From IMG/VR virus record IMGVR_UViG_3300025000_000056: 50,465 nucleotides of DNA; one strand, 5' to 3'. Of this stretch, positions 10,411-20,765 are shown one piece after another. Both the position numbers and the translations under genes were made by a program. The notes below the pieces were generated by a model, which saw only the letters and a list, made by a program, of their open reading frames with translations, was not told the DNA's origin and did not search any database. Numbering within the stretch: position 1 is the first letter of the stretch; each line of letters opens with the position of its first letter. The stretch comes from a virus. Lineage: Duplodnaviria; Heunggongvirae; Uroviricota; Caudoviricetes.

Positions 10411-13400
10411 CAGGTTTCACCTCGCTTAAGATACTTTCAACTAACCCTAGACTTTCTATCGTGGCCGTAACTTTCGCAATACCATCCCCCGATAAGATCG
10501 TACTGTCTTCACCGACGGCATTAATCATTCCAAGTGTTTTACTTAAAGAGAATTCCGTTCCGGTAACCGGCTCAGACGAAAAGATTATAGGAATTGCAGA
10601 CCCTGGCTCCTGGGTCTCTAAAATCAATGTTGCAGTAATCTTATTGCCAACTTGATTAAGGCTTAGTTTGTGCTTACCAACGTCTAAGCGCTGATGAATG
10701 ATATAGTTACCGATAACGCCGCTTGAGAGATTAGTTACTTCAAGCGCTAAATCACTAGGCGTTGTGTTAGACATTAAGATCGTTGTCGCGCATCCATATT
10801 GATTTGTCGTTGCATAATTCGAAGCTAGTAAATTGACCGGTGAGCCATTTTGCTTTAAGCTAAACTTGATCTCATCGTCAACTACGGGATTTCCAAACTT
10901 GTCAAGCGAGACGACGTTGATCGTTAATTTGTCATAACCATTGGCGTTAATCATATTGGGATTAAAGGTTACATCTAATTTAACCGAAGGTAAGATATCG
11001 TCGACCAGATAGATAAACCCTGTATTCATAGGATTCTTGAGAGGATTGAGATTAAGCTCCGTTGCTACATAGTAAGCACTGTCTTTACTAACTTCAGCTC
11101 GAACCTTGATCTCCCCAGTGTCATCAAGTATCGGACTATAAAACGAGATCAGGGCGTAGTCATCTTCAAGATCATAATTGTAATCCACGATGAAACTATT
11201 TAAGACATTATACTTAAGGGTAATCCGTGTCCCTGGATCATACTCATGACCTAGATAAAGAGTTGAGTCTAGAACGTAACCATCAATAGGCGCATCATCA
11301 ATAGTGAGTAAAATAGAATCCGGATCAATGTCTCGATGACCTAATGGAATAACTTGAGAGTTTGAATAGATCAAGATCTCAGTGTTTGTCAATGTGACGT
11401 TGTTAAACTCATCTAAGAAGTTAACGTGAGTCATTGGATCACCTAGGACGTTCGTCACTACAATCGGGCAGCCTTGTTGAGGAATTGGCGTGATCTGGGC
11501 AAGCCAATCCTCAACTCGTATTCTTACTTGCTGCATGACCTCATCAATTGAGGTATCCGTCGTTTGAGCGGTAATCACATAAGTCACAGGATCGATGACA
11601 ATGTTCACCCCGTAAACGCCGCAGTTGTAAGAGTAGCCTGTGATGTTTAAATTCGTCGTATCAATCTGGTTTAAGGAAATATAGTTTTGGATAATCTCTG
11701 CTGCCGTAAGATCATTAATTCTATAGTAATTCGTATCGGCTGCAAGATGTGCCATCTCCTTTACATTAAACCGCTCTTCTAAAGAGTAGGTATTAATATA
11801 GACACCCCATTGGATACTATTAACAATTGGTGTTACGCTAAGAATATTATAAAGTTTAGGAACTAATTTAACGGACTGAACCAAAGGAGATATATTCGTG
11901 TAAGAATCCACGCCATTGAGTTTGATTGACTTAACATAAGGATAAACTTCATCATGGACGACAGCGCCCATCTTGATAGAACTTAAAGTAGGACTCGAGA
12001 AATTTATGACTTTATAATTTATATTGATATTACCAACAACAAGACCTTGCAATTCACTGGGCGATTCCATCTCTATGAGAAACTTAATGTAACGCTTAGG
12101 ACTTGAAACAATCGTATTGTTAGTAACAAGATCCCACTCAGGCCAAGGACCGCCGATATCATCAGACGTTGTAGTATAGAGCTTTATAATATCGCGGCCA
12201 GAATATTTATATGAGAAATGAAGGATGTGATCTAAGGGATCAGTCAATACTTCGGGATTTTCCATAGTTCCCATGGGACTTTGCAGAGATATAAAGGGCT
12301 CATCAATTGTTAAGGTCTTACTATAAGTGATTTCGTCAAAGCTATGAACGTCAACTCCTAAATCTTTAACGCCACTGATTAAGTAACCCACCCTAGAGAC
12401 ATCAATTAAACTAATGGATATATCATCTGTTGATACATTGTCCATTAGGGCTCCGTAACTTAAGTTTGTTTCACTATAAGTTGTCGAAGCATCTGTTTCG
12501 ATATGACTCATCTTAGCGAAATACCGCAGGTAACGATATTCTGGAGATTGTATATCATAAGTAGACGTAAGCGGGATTCTTGGCGACCAAATAACACCAT
12601 CTGATGAGCTCTGAGTTTCAATCTGGATGTTATCATCCTGCCCCTGATTAAGTTCTATGGGATAAAACGATACAATGTCACGAGTAAAGTCGATGACCTT
12701 ACTTTGATATTCACCGTCAAGTTTTGGATTGGTAAGAGTAATAGTTTTACTTACAACGTTAGACGTTACGTTTGTACCTAGTGGACTACTTTGGAAATCT
12801 GTATCGACAGGTTGGGAAATATATTTATCGTAGTCTGCCGATCGCCCTGGAATAAGTGAAAGATCAAAAACTAAGAAAGGGTTTGGCTCGCTCATGATGG
12901 TATTATTACTTGATCCCAATGAGGAAGCTAAGCTTAACTCAGACTCCGTATGGGCCGAACGAGTACTTACGTTAATATCTCCTCCTGCAAAGGGCATAAT
13001 AGCATCGACCGTAAAGGTATTCCATTGTACAACATGACCGGCATTAATTACAGGACTAGTAATATAAGGTGTCTGGCTATTAATCGTTACACTGGGTGTT
13101 ATTACGCCGTCTTTCTTAGAACTTTTGAGCTTCAAGACAAAACAGAGATATTGCTTAATTACTGACATGATTATTCCAGTACAAGGAACCAGTGGTTCAC
13201 TTGTACCATCCCACGGGCCGTCCGGACTATTACTAGTCACTGTATAGACATCAACAATGCCGCCGTTGTTATTATAGTTTAACGTCAGGCCGCCAAGACT
13301 TGTTATCTGGGTGCCTAGATTAATCGGCTGAGATGTATACGTTCCCTCTAATAAGTCAGTGTTTAGGATCTCTAGAGATCCACTTGCATTAGAGGTATTG

Positions 13401-16400
13401 ATACCTCCAGTCATATTTGATGCACTAACCAGGTATTCAGAATCATAAGTTTCTTGCCTTGAGCCGGGATTCAAATTGATCTTATAACGGATATTGATAC
13501 CTACGTCTCCGGGTACTTCAGTACTATTAATCGAACACCATTCGCCAAATTTATTCATGTAATAAATATCAACGGATGATCCATCATTACAGATAGAATC
13601 GATAACGATAGGATCGACAACGTCTGGCTGATGATTAAGGATATGTTCAGAACTGGTATAACTTCCTGGAGTATTACCAGCTAGTCGTAGATCGTTACCA
13701 ATAATAAGGTTTGTTTGAGTTCCTAAGACAAAGTCATTAAGAATATTATCGAAGATACCTACATCCATCGCGGGATAGACACGCTCAGCAATACCAATTA
13801 AAGTATAGCTGAAGTCAATTGTACGGATGACATTTTCAGACTCAGGTCTACCACGGACAATAGGTTCACTGTAAAGGAAGTTTTCCGCTTGATTCAAATA
13901 GTAATAACCATTATGAATCATAGGAGACCATCCCGTTTGAGTTGGATTAACAATCTCGGCTATTAACTCGATATCAATAAAGTCCTCCGACGTAACGTAA
14001 TCATCCGGAATACGAATGAGCTTGACCGAGACGTTAGGGTTATTGCTCGTAATAACTAAACAGTAATCAGTAATTCCACTATCCCAAGTGATGTCATTCT
14101 TTATGGAACCTTCCCCTTTAGGAGAGACGTATTTATCTGATATACGTTTGGGTTCTAGTGAGTTGACCTTATAAATAGCACTCGTATTTTTAACACCATA
14201 CCATGGGATCATAATCGTTACCGGTGACATAGTGTTGTATGAGAAGGTTGCAATATTACCAGGAATACTAGTGGTATTCCCAATCTCTTCAAAGATCGTC
14301 AGCTTAACATCCGGATCATTTTTCTCAACTGTATAAACGATCTCTGTGACATTATCAATGATATCCATAAGAATTGGAATAATAAAGTTCCTAAGTCCGT
14401 CTCCATTTTTAAGGAGCGGTAACTTTCCATTTAGGGTTCCTTCAAGCCAATCGGTCTCTCCACTCCAAGGAAGGATAATTTCCTTAGGATTAGCTCCTGT
14501 AGCAAATTGAACGGTTGAGAAAAGAGTCATCGGTGTATAAGCACCGTCAGCATGAACATCGCTTCCATCGTCCCAGTAATAATAGGTGTTACTATCACCG
14601 CCCGTCTTAATTAAGACGCAGTGAGCTTCAATCCCTGCGGGTGCTCCAACTTCTTGAATGTAACGATACACTGGATTCTTTCCATCAACGGAATCGCTAA
14701 GCGAAATATCCGTGTAGGTATTCGATCCCTTAGCTAAGATATTAAGTCCATTAAGTCTAATTAAAGATCTTGAGGCATCATTACGCTGAATCGAATAAGA
14801 AATACTTGCCTCTGTACCTAAATAAACTTCTCCAAGACTGTTGGTCAAAGTTATGCCATTAATCGTATCAATCGAAATCTCTTCATGGTCACTGAAGATA
14901 CTGTTTTTATAGTTCTTAGAACCAGAATAACTTACCGTACTGTTTTGACCATAAAGGGATGTGTTATTTATAATATTTACACTTGTGTCGGGACTCGTTG
15001 TTGAAGCCGTATATGTGATAGATCCAATCGAAGTATAACCCTTTGATACACGATAAGCTTCAATGGTCGACTGCATAATTGTACTGACGGGTGTATTTGT
15101 TAGAAGCATCGAGTTATCATCTGAGATTATATAGGGATCAGGGCCCTTTGATACCGTATCGTCTACTGTGCCAAGCGTAAGAGTTGATAGAGATGTATAT
15201 CCTCGGGCGACGTCACCACCGGTCGTATTGTTATTTGAATAAACGGTAACGCCCGATGTGTTACTCTGGATTCCATAATTTAATACGATCCAGTCCGTAA
15301 CTGCAAACCCCTCTGCAATTCGTTTACTTTCAATGTCTGAATTCATAATACTATTTAGCGGGTCAGAGGTTAATTGCTTATTCGTAGGAACACTGTTATT
15401 CACATCGGTAATAGAATTTGTTAAGGTCTTTGATGTGGTAAAGTATTTAACGTTATCAACCGTCCAGTCCTTCCATATAGCTCCACCTTGAGACATAGCC
15501 CATGGTCCGAACGATCCCTCCATAAAAGTTGAGTTTGGATCAGAACACGTATAAGTAATATTATTCAGAGTGATCGTAAAGTTATTTCCATTAAGCTGTA
15601 GCCTGAAGGGATACCATACATTCCATGTCCATCCGACAGAATTAGGAAAGGCATAAACAAGACTTGGAACATTATTGACGACTTTCCAAAGTTGTAGATG
15701 ATGCTTGTTAAAATCAAACTCAGTATAGCCTTTATTGTTCCACTGTAAGGCATAGTAGTTAAACTTGTCTTTAATTCGAAAAGCGATACCAATTAGATCG
15801 TCATCAGAGTCGGCGGCCTTATCTACCATGAAGTTACACTTTAAATCTAGGTTTGTATAGGCTTCACATATTGAAGGCCAGTATAAATCCGAACTACCAT
15901 TTCGTGTCGTCTTGATATAGTTATTAACATTGTCAAAGACAAATCCTGCACCACCCGTTTGACCAAAGATTGCCGGACCACCTGGTCCGAGTGTCTTATC
16001 GAATTTGTCATTCGTAAAGCCGGTTTTAACATTTCCTTGACAATTCGCCGTGATCGTATAATTAAAGTCTATAGGTGTTTGAGTATATGGTTTAAAGGTT
16101 GCCGTCAATGTTGCATTAACTTGCAAGGGATAGAATGCCTTCGCATTAATATCAAAGTCCAAATTCTCTTTAGGATACATCCTTAAGATTCCAGTGAGAT
16201 CCCCTGTATAAATCAGACGATGTTCGTTGCCGACTGCTGTGAACTTGAAATTAAAGGTACGCTTAGGATAAGCTTGAATAATTGATTTGCGATATCCCTT
16301 AAGTTGAACATCATACGTAAAGAGCTCATTTGGATCGGCGGCCGCATCGACATTGACGAGTAAATCAAGACCATCTCCAATTCCAGATTTAAAAGCCTTA

Positions 16401-18505
16401 TACGTATCGGTTCCTTCAAGTTCAAAAGGTTCGATCTTGGCTGGATAGTTATCCGGTTCCACGGGAGGTGTAATAATAATGACCGGCCGAGGATCTGTTT
16501 TTAAGTCTACTGTGTTGCTCCAGTTGCTTTCATAAACACCTCGTACAGCAGTTATATAAAACGTGTAGAGACGGTCATAATCGGTTACCTTAAGATCAAT
16601 AACTCGATCGCCTGCCTTGGCGATATCAATAATGTCACCTGTATCATTGTAAATATTAAAGGCGTTAATGTCTTCATCTGAAGGATAATCCCATCGTAGC
16701 GTAATATCAAATCCACTAATGCTTCCGGCTAGATTACTAGGCGTTCTCGGGAAATCAATAATTTCATCATCTTCTGGGAATGAAATCATGAGCTCTGTAG
16801 GATCTGATTCACCTGCTATATTATAGCCATGTAATGTCCAGTCGATAATGTTGCCTGGAACATAGACAGAAGACTTATAATAAGTGTTCGTTGTTTCAGT
16901 TAATAACTTATCACCAGCATCATAAATACGATACGTATCGGGAGACCATTTATCGGATGTAGTATCAGCGATATCCTTATTGGGTTTCCAGTAGATCAGT
17001 AGTGATCGGTTCTTGGGATTTATGACAACATTAAAATCAACAATCTCTAATGGGACGTGAACATTGAATTCAGGTTTTGGTGGCTCTGGAGGCGGCGGTG
17101 GAGGATCAAACTTAACTGTGATCGTGGCGTTATTTGAATGTGAGCTAAATCCATATTTATTAAAGGCTGCAACATTACGAGTAAATACACCCTCTACGGC
17201 AATCTCTCGATACTCCGTCATGTTCGATGTCATTGTGGCAATCTCTACTCCATTTTCATCAAACAATGTATAGCCTGTTTCATCGTCAGCATTATCAACC
17301 CAAGTCCAAACAATATGATTGTCAACTAATTCAACGGTTAATTTAGTTGGCCCTTTAGGAATTAGAACCAGTGTAATCGAAGCATCATTAGAATGTGCAC
17401 TCATTCCTCCGATGTTATAAGCGGCGACGTTGCGGGTTATCGTTCCTTGAGCAACAACGTCTTCTCTAAACTCTCGCGTACCAGCAGGAAAGGTTTGAAC
17501 CATAGCACCAGTGTCTGAATTAAACATCTGGTATCCATCTTCATTCGTTGCATTATCTTTCCATAGCCATATGATTTGTCCATTAAGTAATGAAACCGTT
17601 AACTCCGTTGGATCCTTGGGTGCGTCCGGAACATTCGTTAAGTATCCATAGATAAGGTCTTCGCTTGATTCAGACTTTATAACCGGCGTGTTCTTATTCA
17701 TGAAGACATAGATATTAGGATTCAACGAAACCACTTCATAATATAAGATAGTCATATCAGATTTGGCTGCTCGGTTTCTTGTCGTATACTCCGTAATACT
17801 CGCCGACATCAAGGCTGAAACTTTACTTGAGTTTAATAACTTGGCGGTGTTTAAGTTCTTATTCGTATAATCAATGTCACTGTCGAGCGTAATCTCTAAA
17901 TTAACATCCAGTAAATTTCCTTCGTTAACTGAAGATATAACAACGGATGTTCCTTCACAAGTAAAACCATATGTACCTGTTGTTATAGGATTCGACTTAT
18001 CAGTAAAGTCTAAGATCAAGATACCATCTTTGATAATCATAATCCGATTACCTAAGATTTGTGCATCGAGCCTATGAGTCGTATGAACGGGCCAAGGCGC
18101 TGAAGGATCAACTTCAACTAGAGATAGAAGTTTACCTCCATAATATTTATAGAGCTTTAAGCTTCTAGGAAAGTTATTACCTCCGCCGTCCCAGGCTAGA
18201 TAATAATAGGGACTCGATATATCGGTATATCTAAAGACAAGACCAACAAACTCCCCAATCACCGTAGGCAGCGTAAAGGTAATACCAAAACGATAATCTG
18301 TCTTAGTATTTGCACTGTTGATATAACCACTCATTAAGTGATCATCGCTTGTACATTCGACCGCTCCATTGTCATTAAGTTTCCATTTACCGGGGCGGGA
18401 CTTACTACGATCAAATTTAGTCCAGCCATTAAAGACCGTTGTACCACTTGTAGTCGTTGTCACAAACAACTTACAAGTACTCTTTAATTTATATTGGAAG
18501 TCCAT
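10403..18505 (-). CDS. Giant virion structural/baseplate-fibre protein, 2700 aa: two ConA/LamG-like domains, FN3 repeats, poly-Pro linker, C-terminal Ig-like (Big_1-like) domains
   Basis: GGAGGTG RBS. ConA-like segments VGLVFRYTD...YYYLAW and DDDLIGIAFRIKDKFNYYAL. FN3 repeats P..PT.LT...W.W.DNA..E.GY. Linker DPPPPPPEPPKP. Big_1-like ANGYDK...DKFGNPV...TTNQYGCA. Confidence 0.85.
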   Translation of the reverse strand: MDFQYKLKSTCKLFVTTTTSGTTVFNGWTKFDRSKSRPGKWKLNDNGAVECTSDDHLMSGYINSANTKTDYRFGITFTLPTVIGEFVGLVFRYTDISSPYYYLAWDGGGNNFPRSLKLYKYYGGKLLSLVEVDPSAPWPVHTTHRLDAQILGNRIMIIKDGILILDFTDKSNPITTGTYGFTCEGTSVVISSVNEGNLLDVNLEITLDSDIDYTNKNLNTAKLLNSSKVSALMSASITEYTTRNRAAKSDMTILYYEVVSLNPNIYVFMNKNTPVIKSESSEDLIYGYLTNVPDAPKDPTELTVSLLNGQIIWLWKDNATNEDGYQMFNSDTGAMVQTFPAGTREFREDVVAQGTITRNVAAYNIGGMSAHSNDASITLVLIPKGPTKLTVELVDNHIVWTWVDNADDETGYTLFDENGVEIATMTSNMTEYREIAVEGVFTRNVAAFNKYGFSSHSNNATITVKFDPPPPPPEPPKPEFNVHVPLEIVDFNVVINPKNRSLLIYWKPNKDIADTTSDKWSPDTYRIYDAGDKLLTETTNTYYKSSVYVPGNIIDWTLHGYNIAGESDPTELMISFPEDDEIIDFPRTPSNLAGSISGFDITLRWDYPSDEDINAFNIYNDTGDIIDIAKAGDRVIDLKVTDYDRLYTFYITAVRGVYESNWSNTVDLKTDPRPVIIITPPVEPDNYPAKIEPFELEGTDTYKAFKSGIGDGLDLLVNVDAAADPNELFTYDVQLKGYRKSIIQAYPKRTFNFKFTAVGNEHRLIYTGDLTGILRMYPKENLDFDINAKAFYPLQVNATLTATFKPYTQTPIDFNYTITANCQGNVKTGFTNDKFDKTLGPGGPAIFGQTGGAGFVFDNVNNYIKTTRNGSSDLYWPSICEAYTNLDLKCNFMVDKAADSDDDLIGIAFRIKDKFNYYALQWNNKGYTEFDFNKHHLQLWKVVNNVPSLVYAFPNSVGWTWNVWYPFRLQLNGNNFTITLNNITYTCSDPNSTFMEGSFGPWAMSQGGAIWKDWTVDNVKYFTTSKTLTNSITDVNNSVPTNKQLTSDPLNSIMNSDIESKRIAEGFAVTDWIVLNYGIQSNTSGVTVYSNNNTTGGDVARGYTSLSTLTLGTVDDTVSKGPDPYIISDDNSMLLTNTPVSTIMQSTIEAYRVSKGYTSIGSITYTASTTSPDTSVNIINNTSLYGQNSTVSYSGSKNYKNSIFSDHEEISIDTINGITLTNSLGEVYLGTEASISYSIQRNDASRSLIRLNGLNILAKGSNTYTDISLSDSVDGKNPVYRYIQEVGAPAGIEAHCVLIKTGGDSNTYYYWDDGSDVHADGAYTPMTLFSTVQFATGANPKEIILPWSGETDWLEGTLNGKLPLLKNGDGLRNFIIPILMDIIDNVTEIVYTVEKNDPDVKLTIFEEIGNTTSIPGNIATFSYNTMSPVTIMIPWYGVKNTSAIYKVNSLEPKRISDKYVSPKGEGSIKNDITWDSGITDYCLVITSNNPNVSVKLIRIPDDYVTSEDFIDIELIAEIVNPTQTGWSPMIHNGYYYLNQAENFLYSEPIVRGRPESENVIRTIDFSYTLIGIAERVYPAMDVGIFDNILNDFVLGTQTNLIIGNDLRLAGNTPGSYTSSEHILNHQPDVVDPIVIDSICNDGSSVDIYYMNKFGEWCSINSTEVPGDVGINIRYKINLNPGSRQETYDSEYLVSASNMTGGINTSNASGSLEILNTDLLEGTYTSQPINLGTQITSLGGLTLNYNNNGGIVDVYTVTSNSPDGPWDGTSEPLVPCTGIIMSVIKQYLCFVLKLKSSKKDGVITPSVTINSQTPYITSPVINAGHVVQWNTFTVDAIMPFAGGDINVSTRSAHTESELSLASSLGSSNNTIMSEPNPFLVFDLSLIPGRSADYDKYISQPVDTDFQSSPLGTNVTSNVVSKTITLTNPKLDGEYQSKVIDFTRDIVSFYPIELNQGQDDNIQIETQSSSDGVIWSPRIPLTSTYDIQSPEYRYLRYFAKMSHIETDASTTYSETNLSYGALMDNVSTDDISISLIDVSRVGYLISGVKDLGVDVHSFDEITYSKTLTIDEPFISLQSPMGTMENPEVLTDPLDHILHFSYKYSGRDIIKLYTTTSDDIGGPWPEWDLVTNNTIVSSPKRYIKFLIEMESPSELQGLVVGNININYKVINFSSPTLSSIKMGAVVHDEVYPYVKSIKLNGVDSYTNISPLVQSVKLVPKLYNILSVTPIVNSIQWGVYINTYSLEERFNVKEMAHLAADTNYYRINDLTAAEIIQNYISLNQIDTTNLNITGYSYNCGVYGVNIVIDPVTYVITAQTTDTSIDEVMQQVRIRVEDWLAQITPIPQQGCPIVVTNVLGDPMTHVNFLDEFNNVTLTNTEILIYSNSQVIPLGHRDIDPDSILLTIDDAPIDGYVLDSTLYLGHEYDPGTRITLKYNVLNSFIVDYNYDLEDDYALISFYSPILDDTGEIKVRAEVSKDSAYYVATELNLNPLKNPMNTGFIYLVDDILPSVKLDVTFNPNMINANGYDKLTINVVSLDKFGNPVVDDEIKFSLKQNGSPVNLLASNYATTNQYGCATTILMSNTTPSDLALEVTNLSSGVIGNYIIHQRLDVGKHKLSLNQVGNKITATLILETQEPGSAIPIIFSSEPVTGTEFSLSKTLGMINAVGEDSTILSGDGIAKVTATIESLGLVESILSEVKPVV

Positions 18506-18509
18506 GAAT

Positions 18510-19607
18510 CTACACCTCCGAGTATTTTAACCAAGGACGAATATCAGCATCAGTGAAGCTAGGAATAACACCATAACCCGACATCTCAGGTGAAGCAATA
18601 TCCCAGAATCCATCACCCCATACGAACTTGTCCCACATAACTGGAACACTATTAGTAATAATATCAACGAAGTATTGTAATTTAGCTGTAGCTAATCCAT
18701 TTTGATCGAAGAGTTCTGACTGTAATACGGTATCCGTTTTATTGTAGAGCTCATGAATTCCGAGTCGTGCAACGTATGTAATGGTTCTGCTTTGTTTACG
18801 GTAGTCGATATTTCCCCGTAAGACGATTCGACCACTGGTATCAGTTATTAGTTCGCTTTGTGTGATTGGTATGCCGTCAACTTCGATTGTATCAATCGAA
18901 ACCCTAGGTTCCTTTAAGGTGATACTAAGGCCGCCATCCGGCCAGATTACTTCACTCGTGAGACCCAGTTCTCGGGCGATACCATTACAAAGTCCAATTC
19001 TTGAAGCATTTGCCGGATGCCTAAAGACATCAAGGATACGCTTCTTATAATCAATATTTCGTTCACCAAAAATTCGAGGTGTTCGAAGCAGCATGCCAAA
19101 CTCATCAAAGAAGTTCCAGATGTGGTGTAGTTTTAACTCTAAGTCTTGTTCTAAAACAATAGTGTCTGAAGCATCTTTAATTGACATGCGTAGAATGCCA
19201 CTATATTTATCTCTAACATAAATAATGTTATGTAAGTAGTCAATGTAATAAGGATTATTATAGAAGACTTGTCGATAGTTTAATTTATCTTCATTAAATC
19301 CTGTGAGCAAAACTTGTAAACTTGGCGCCTCTTCTAATGGATAAGGAGGTGCGCTATAAGTAATTAAAGTATCCTGTGAAATAGCTGCAGGTAAGAAGGC
19401 CTTATAGATAATATCCACTTGACTTAAGTCAGCGGTTTTTAAGTATTGGTTCTTGTAAGCATAATCGAGGAGATAAACTATATCATCATATTCAAGTCCA
19501 ATAACGTTTAAGAATTGTGCTCCGGTTGACTCCGGATCTTTACGCATCTTAAACCAACTTGGAAGTTCTTTCATCATCTTCTTAGTAATTTCAGCGAACT
19601 TATTCAT
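18510..19607 (-). CDS. Baseplate wedge/gpI-like structural protein, 365 aa
   Basis: FDEFGMLLRTPRIFGERNIDYKKRIL motif typical of baseplate wedge proteins, with a similar motif in the 271-aa J-like protein. GAGGGAG RBS. Confidence 0.65.
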   Translation of the reverse strand: MNKFAEITKKMMKELPSWFKMRKDPESTGAQFLNVIGLEYDDIVYLLDYAYKNQYLKTADLSQVDIIYKAFLPAAISQDTLITYSAPPYPLEEAPSLQVLLTGFNEDKLNYRQVFYNNPYYIDYLHNIIYVRDKYSGILRMSIKDASDTIVLEQDLELKLHHIWNFFDEFGMLLRTPRIFGERNIDYKKRILDVFRHPANASRIGLCNGIARELGLTSEVIWPDGGLSITLKEPRVSIDTIEVDGIPITQSELITDTSGRIVLRGNIDYRKQSRTITYVARLGIHELYNKTDTVLQSELFDQNGLATAKLQYFVDIITNSVPVMWDKFVWGDGFWDIASPEMSGYGVIPSFTDADIRPWLKYSEV

Positions 19608-19633
19608 AAAGCATAGACTCCCCTCGCAAGTTT

Positions 19634-19661
19634 AGCCAGTGCGATATTGCTCGCACTGGCT
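19634..19661. other. Perfect 11-bp inverted repeat (stem-loop) in the leader of the 365-aa gene
   Basis: AGCCAGTGCGA-tattgc-TCGCACTGGCT. The T-rich tail (TGTTACTTTT) is on the + strand, not on the transcribed minus strand. Confidence 0.8.
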
Positions 19662-19671
19662 TGTTACTTTT

Positions 19672-19720
19672 GAATTACAATTTGTAACTCCATTATATCA
19701 TGGATTAATGAGGCGGTAAA
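19672..19720 (-). promoter_or_regulatory. Putative SigA-type promoter (extended -10) with overlapping palindromic operator-like site
   Basis: Minus strand: TTTACC (19720-19715), 17 bp, TATAAT (19697-19692) preceded by TGA (TGnTATAAT). Near-palindrome GAGTTACAA-A-TTGTAATTC at 19690-19672 spans the expected +1. Confidence 0.55.
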
Positions 19721-20262
19721 GCACGATAACTGATTAAGATTTTGTCACCAATCCATGGTGCTTCGATAAATGTAATAAAGCGGCCATCTACGGTATAGTC
19801 ATCATTAAGTGATTGTAAGATCCCATTAATAAAAAGCATTGTGCTACGAAGCAGTGGTATATTAGAAGTATAAAACAGTGTGTTGACATCATTAATCGCA
19901 CCAACGGGTATCTCCATGTCGATGTGAATGTGATCGCCCGGTATAAACGTAGTTCCTGCTCCGGCTCCTTCAATGCGAATCACGACAAAGTCACTAAACA
20001 TTAACTCTTCAGTAAACTGAATGGTTGACGTATTCACTTCGATGTAGCCTTCGGCAGGTTGCTGCAAGATACCGTTGACAAAGACTTTAAGTTGATCTGT
20101 ATTCGGAACGTATAAATGACCCGTATCAACGGTTATTTCGCCGCCCTGAGCAATGAACTCTTTACTATAGGGCTCCATCATGCCAATCATTTGATGACCA
20201 AAGTCTACATAGTCATCACTCGTTGCGGCAACTTGGCGAACGGGAATTCTTTGAATACCCAT
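19705..20262 (-). CDS. Phage virion structural protein, 185 aa, two repeated small beta domains
   Basis: Duplicated (V/L)F(V/I)NGILQ....Y......I.F.E.....D...I motif common in large-phage tail/baseplate proteins. Confidence 0.7.
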   Translation of the reverse strand: MGIQRIPVRQVAATSDDYVDFGHQMIGMMEPYSKEFIAQGGEITVDTGHLYVPNTDQLKVFVNGILQQPAEGYIEVNTSTIQFTEELMFSDFVVIRIEGAGAGTTFIPGDHIHIDMEIPVGAINDVNTLFYTSNIPLLRSTMLFINGILQSLNDDYTVDGRFITFIEAPWIGDKILISYRALPPH

Positions 20263-20266
20263 TAGA

Positions 20267-20752
20267 TCATCTCCAATAAGAACGGTGTGATCGGGTTGAC
20301 CGAATCACGATCGGTGACTCCGCAATATCCTCAGGCGTTACGTTTCCTGGATCTTTCCATGGAACTAAGTCAACGCCTTGAGATAAAAAGGCTAAATCGA
20401 TTAATTCTGAACAGATCAATCGGTTCTTAGAATTCAGATAAGAACGAGCGTGAAACAGAATTTCAATAAGGAGTCCCATAAGTTGAATATAATCATACTG
20501 CAAGTCTAACTGTGCTAAAGCATATGCTATGACACTATCGCGCTGTGTATCTGTCAAATTATAGACATGAACTAAGTCATAATCTAAATAAGAATTTGGA
20601 TGAATTGAGACTTTCTTAAAGACATCAATCTCTATTATGTCAGTATCAGAAATTGCAAGCGCAACATGACTATATTCAGAATGAGTAATGGCCTTTATTA
20701 ATTTAGAGGCCAGACCATTACCACGTACGAGTAAAATATCTCCTGCTCGCAT
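20267..20752 (-). CDS. Permuted papain-like NlpC/P60 enzyme (YiiX/YebB/DUF830-like), 161 aa
   Basis: GDILL...SEYSHVAL (catalytic His first) ...YDY... ICSELI (catalytic Cys second) ...VTPED, the circularly permuted NlpC/P60 order. AGGAGG RBS. Confidence 0.85.
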   Translation of the reverse strand: MRAGDILLVRGNGLASKLIKAITHSEYSHVALAISDTDIIEIDVFKKVSIHPNSYLDYDLVHVYNLTDTQRDSVIAYALAQLDLQYDYIQLMGLLIEILFHARSYLNSKNRLICSELIDLAFLSQGVDLVPWKDPGNVTPEDIAESPIVIRSTRSHRSYWR

Positions 20753-20765
20753 TGGCGTTACCTCC

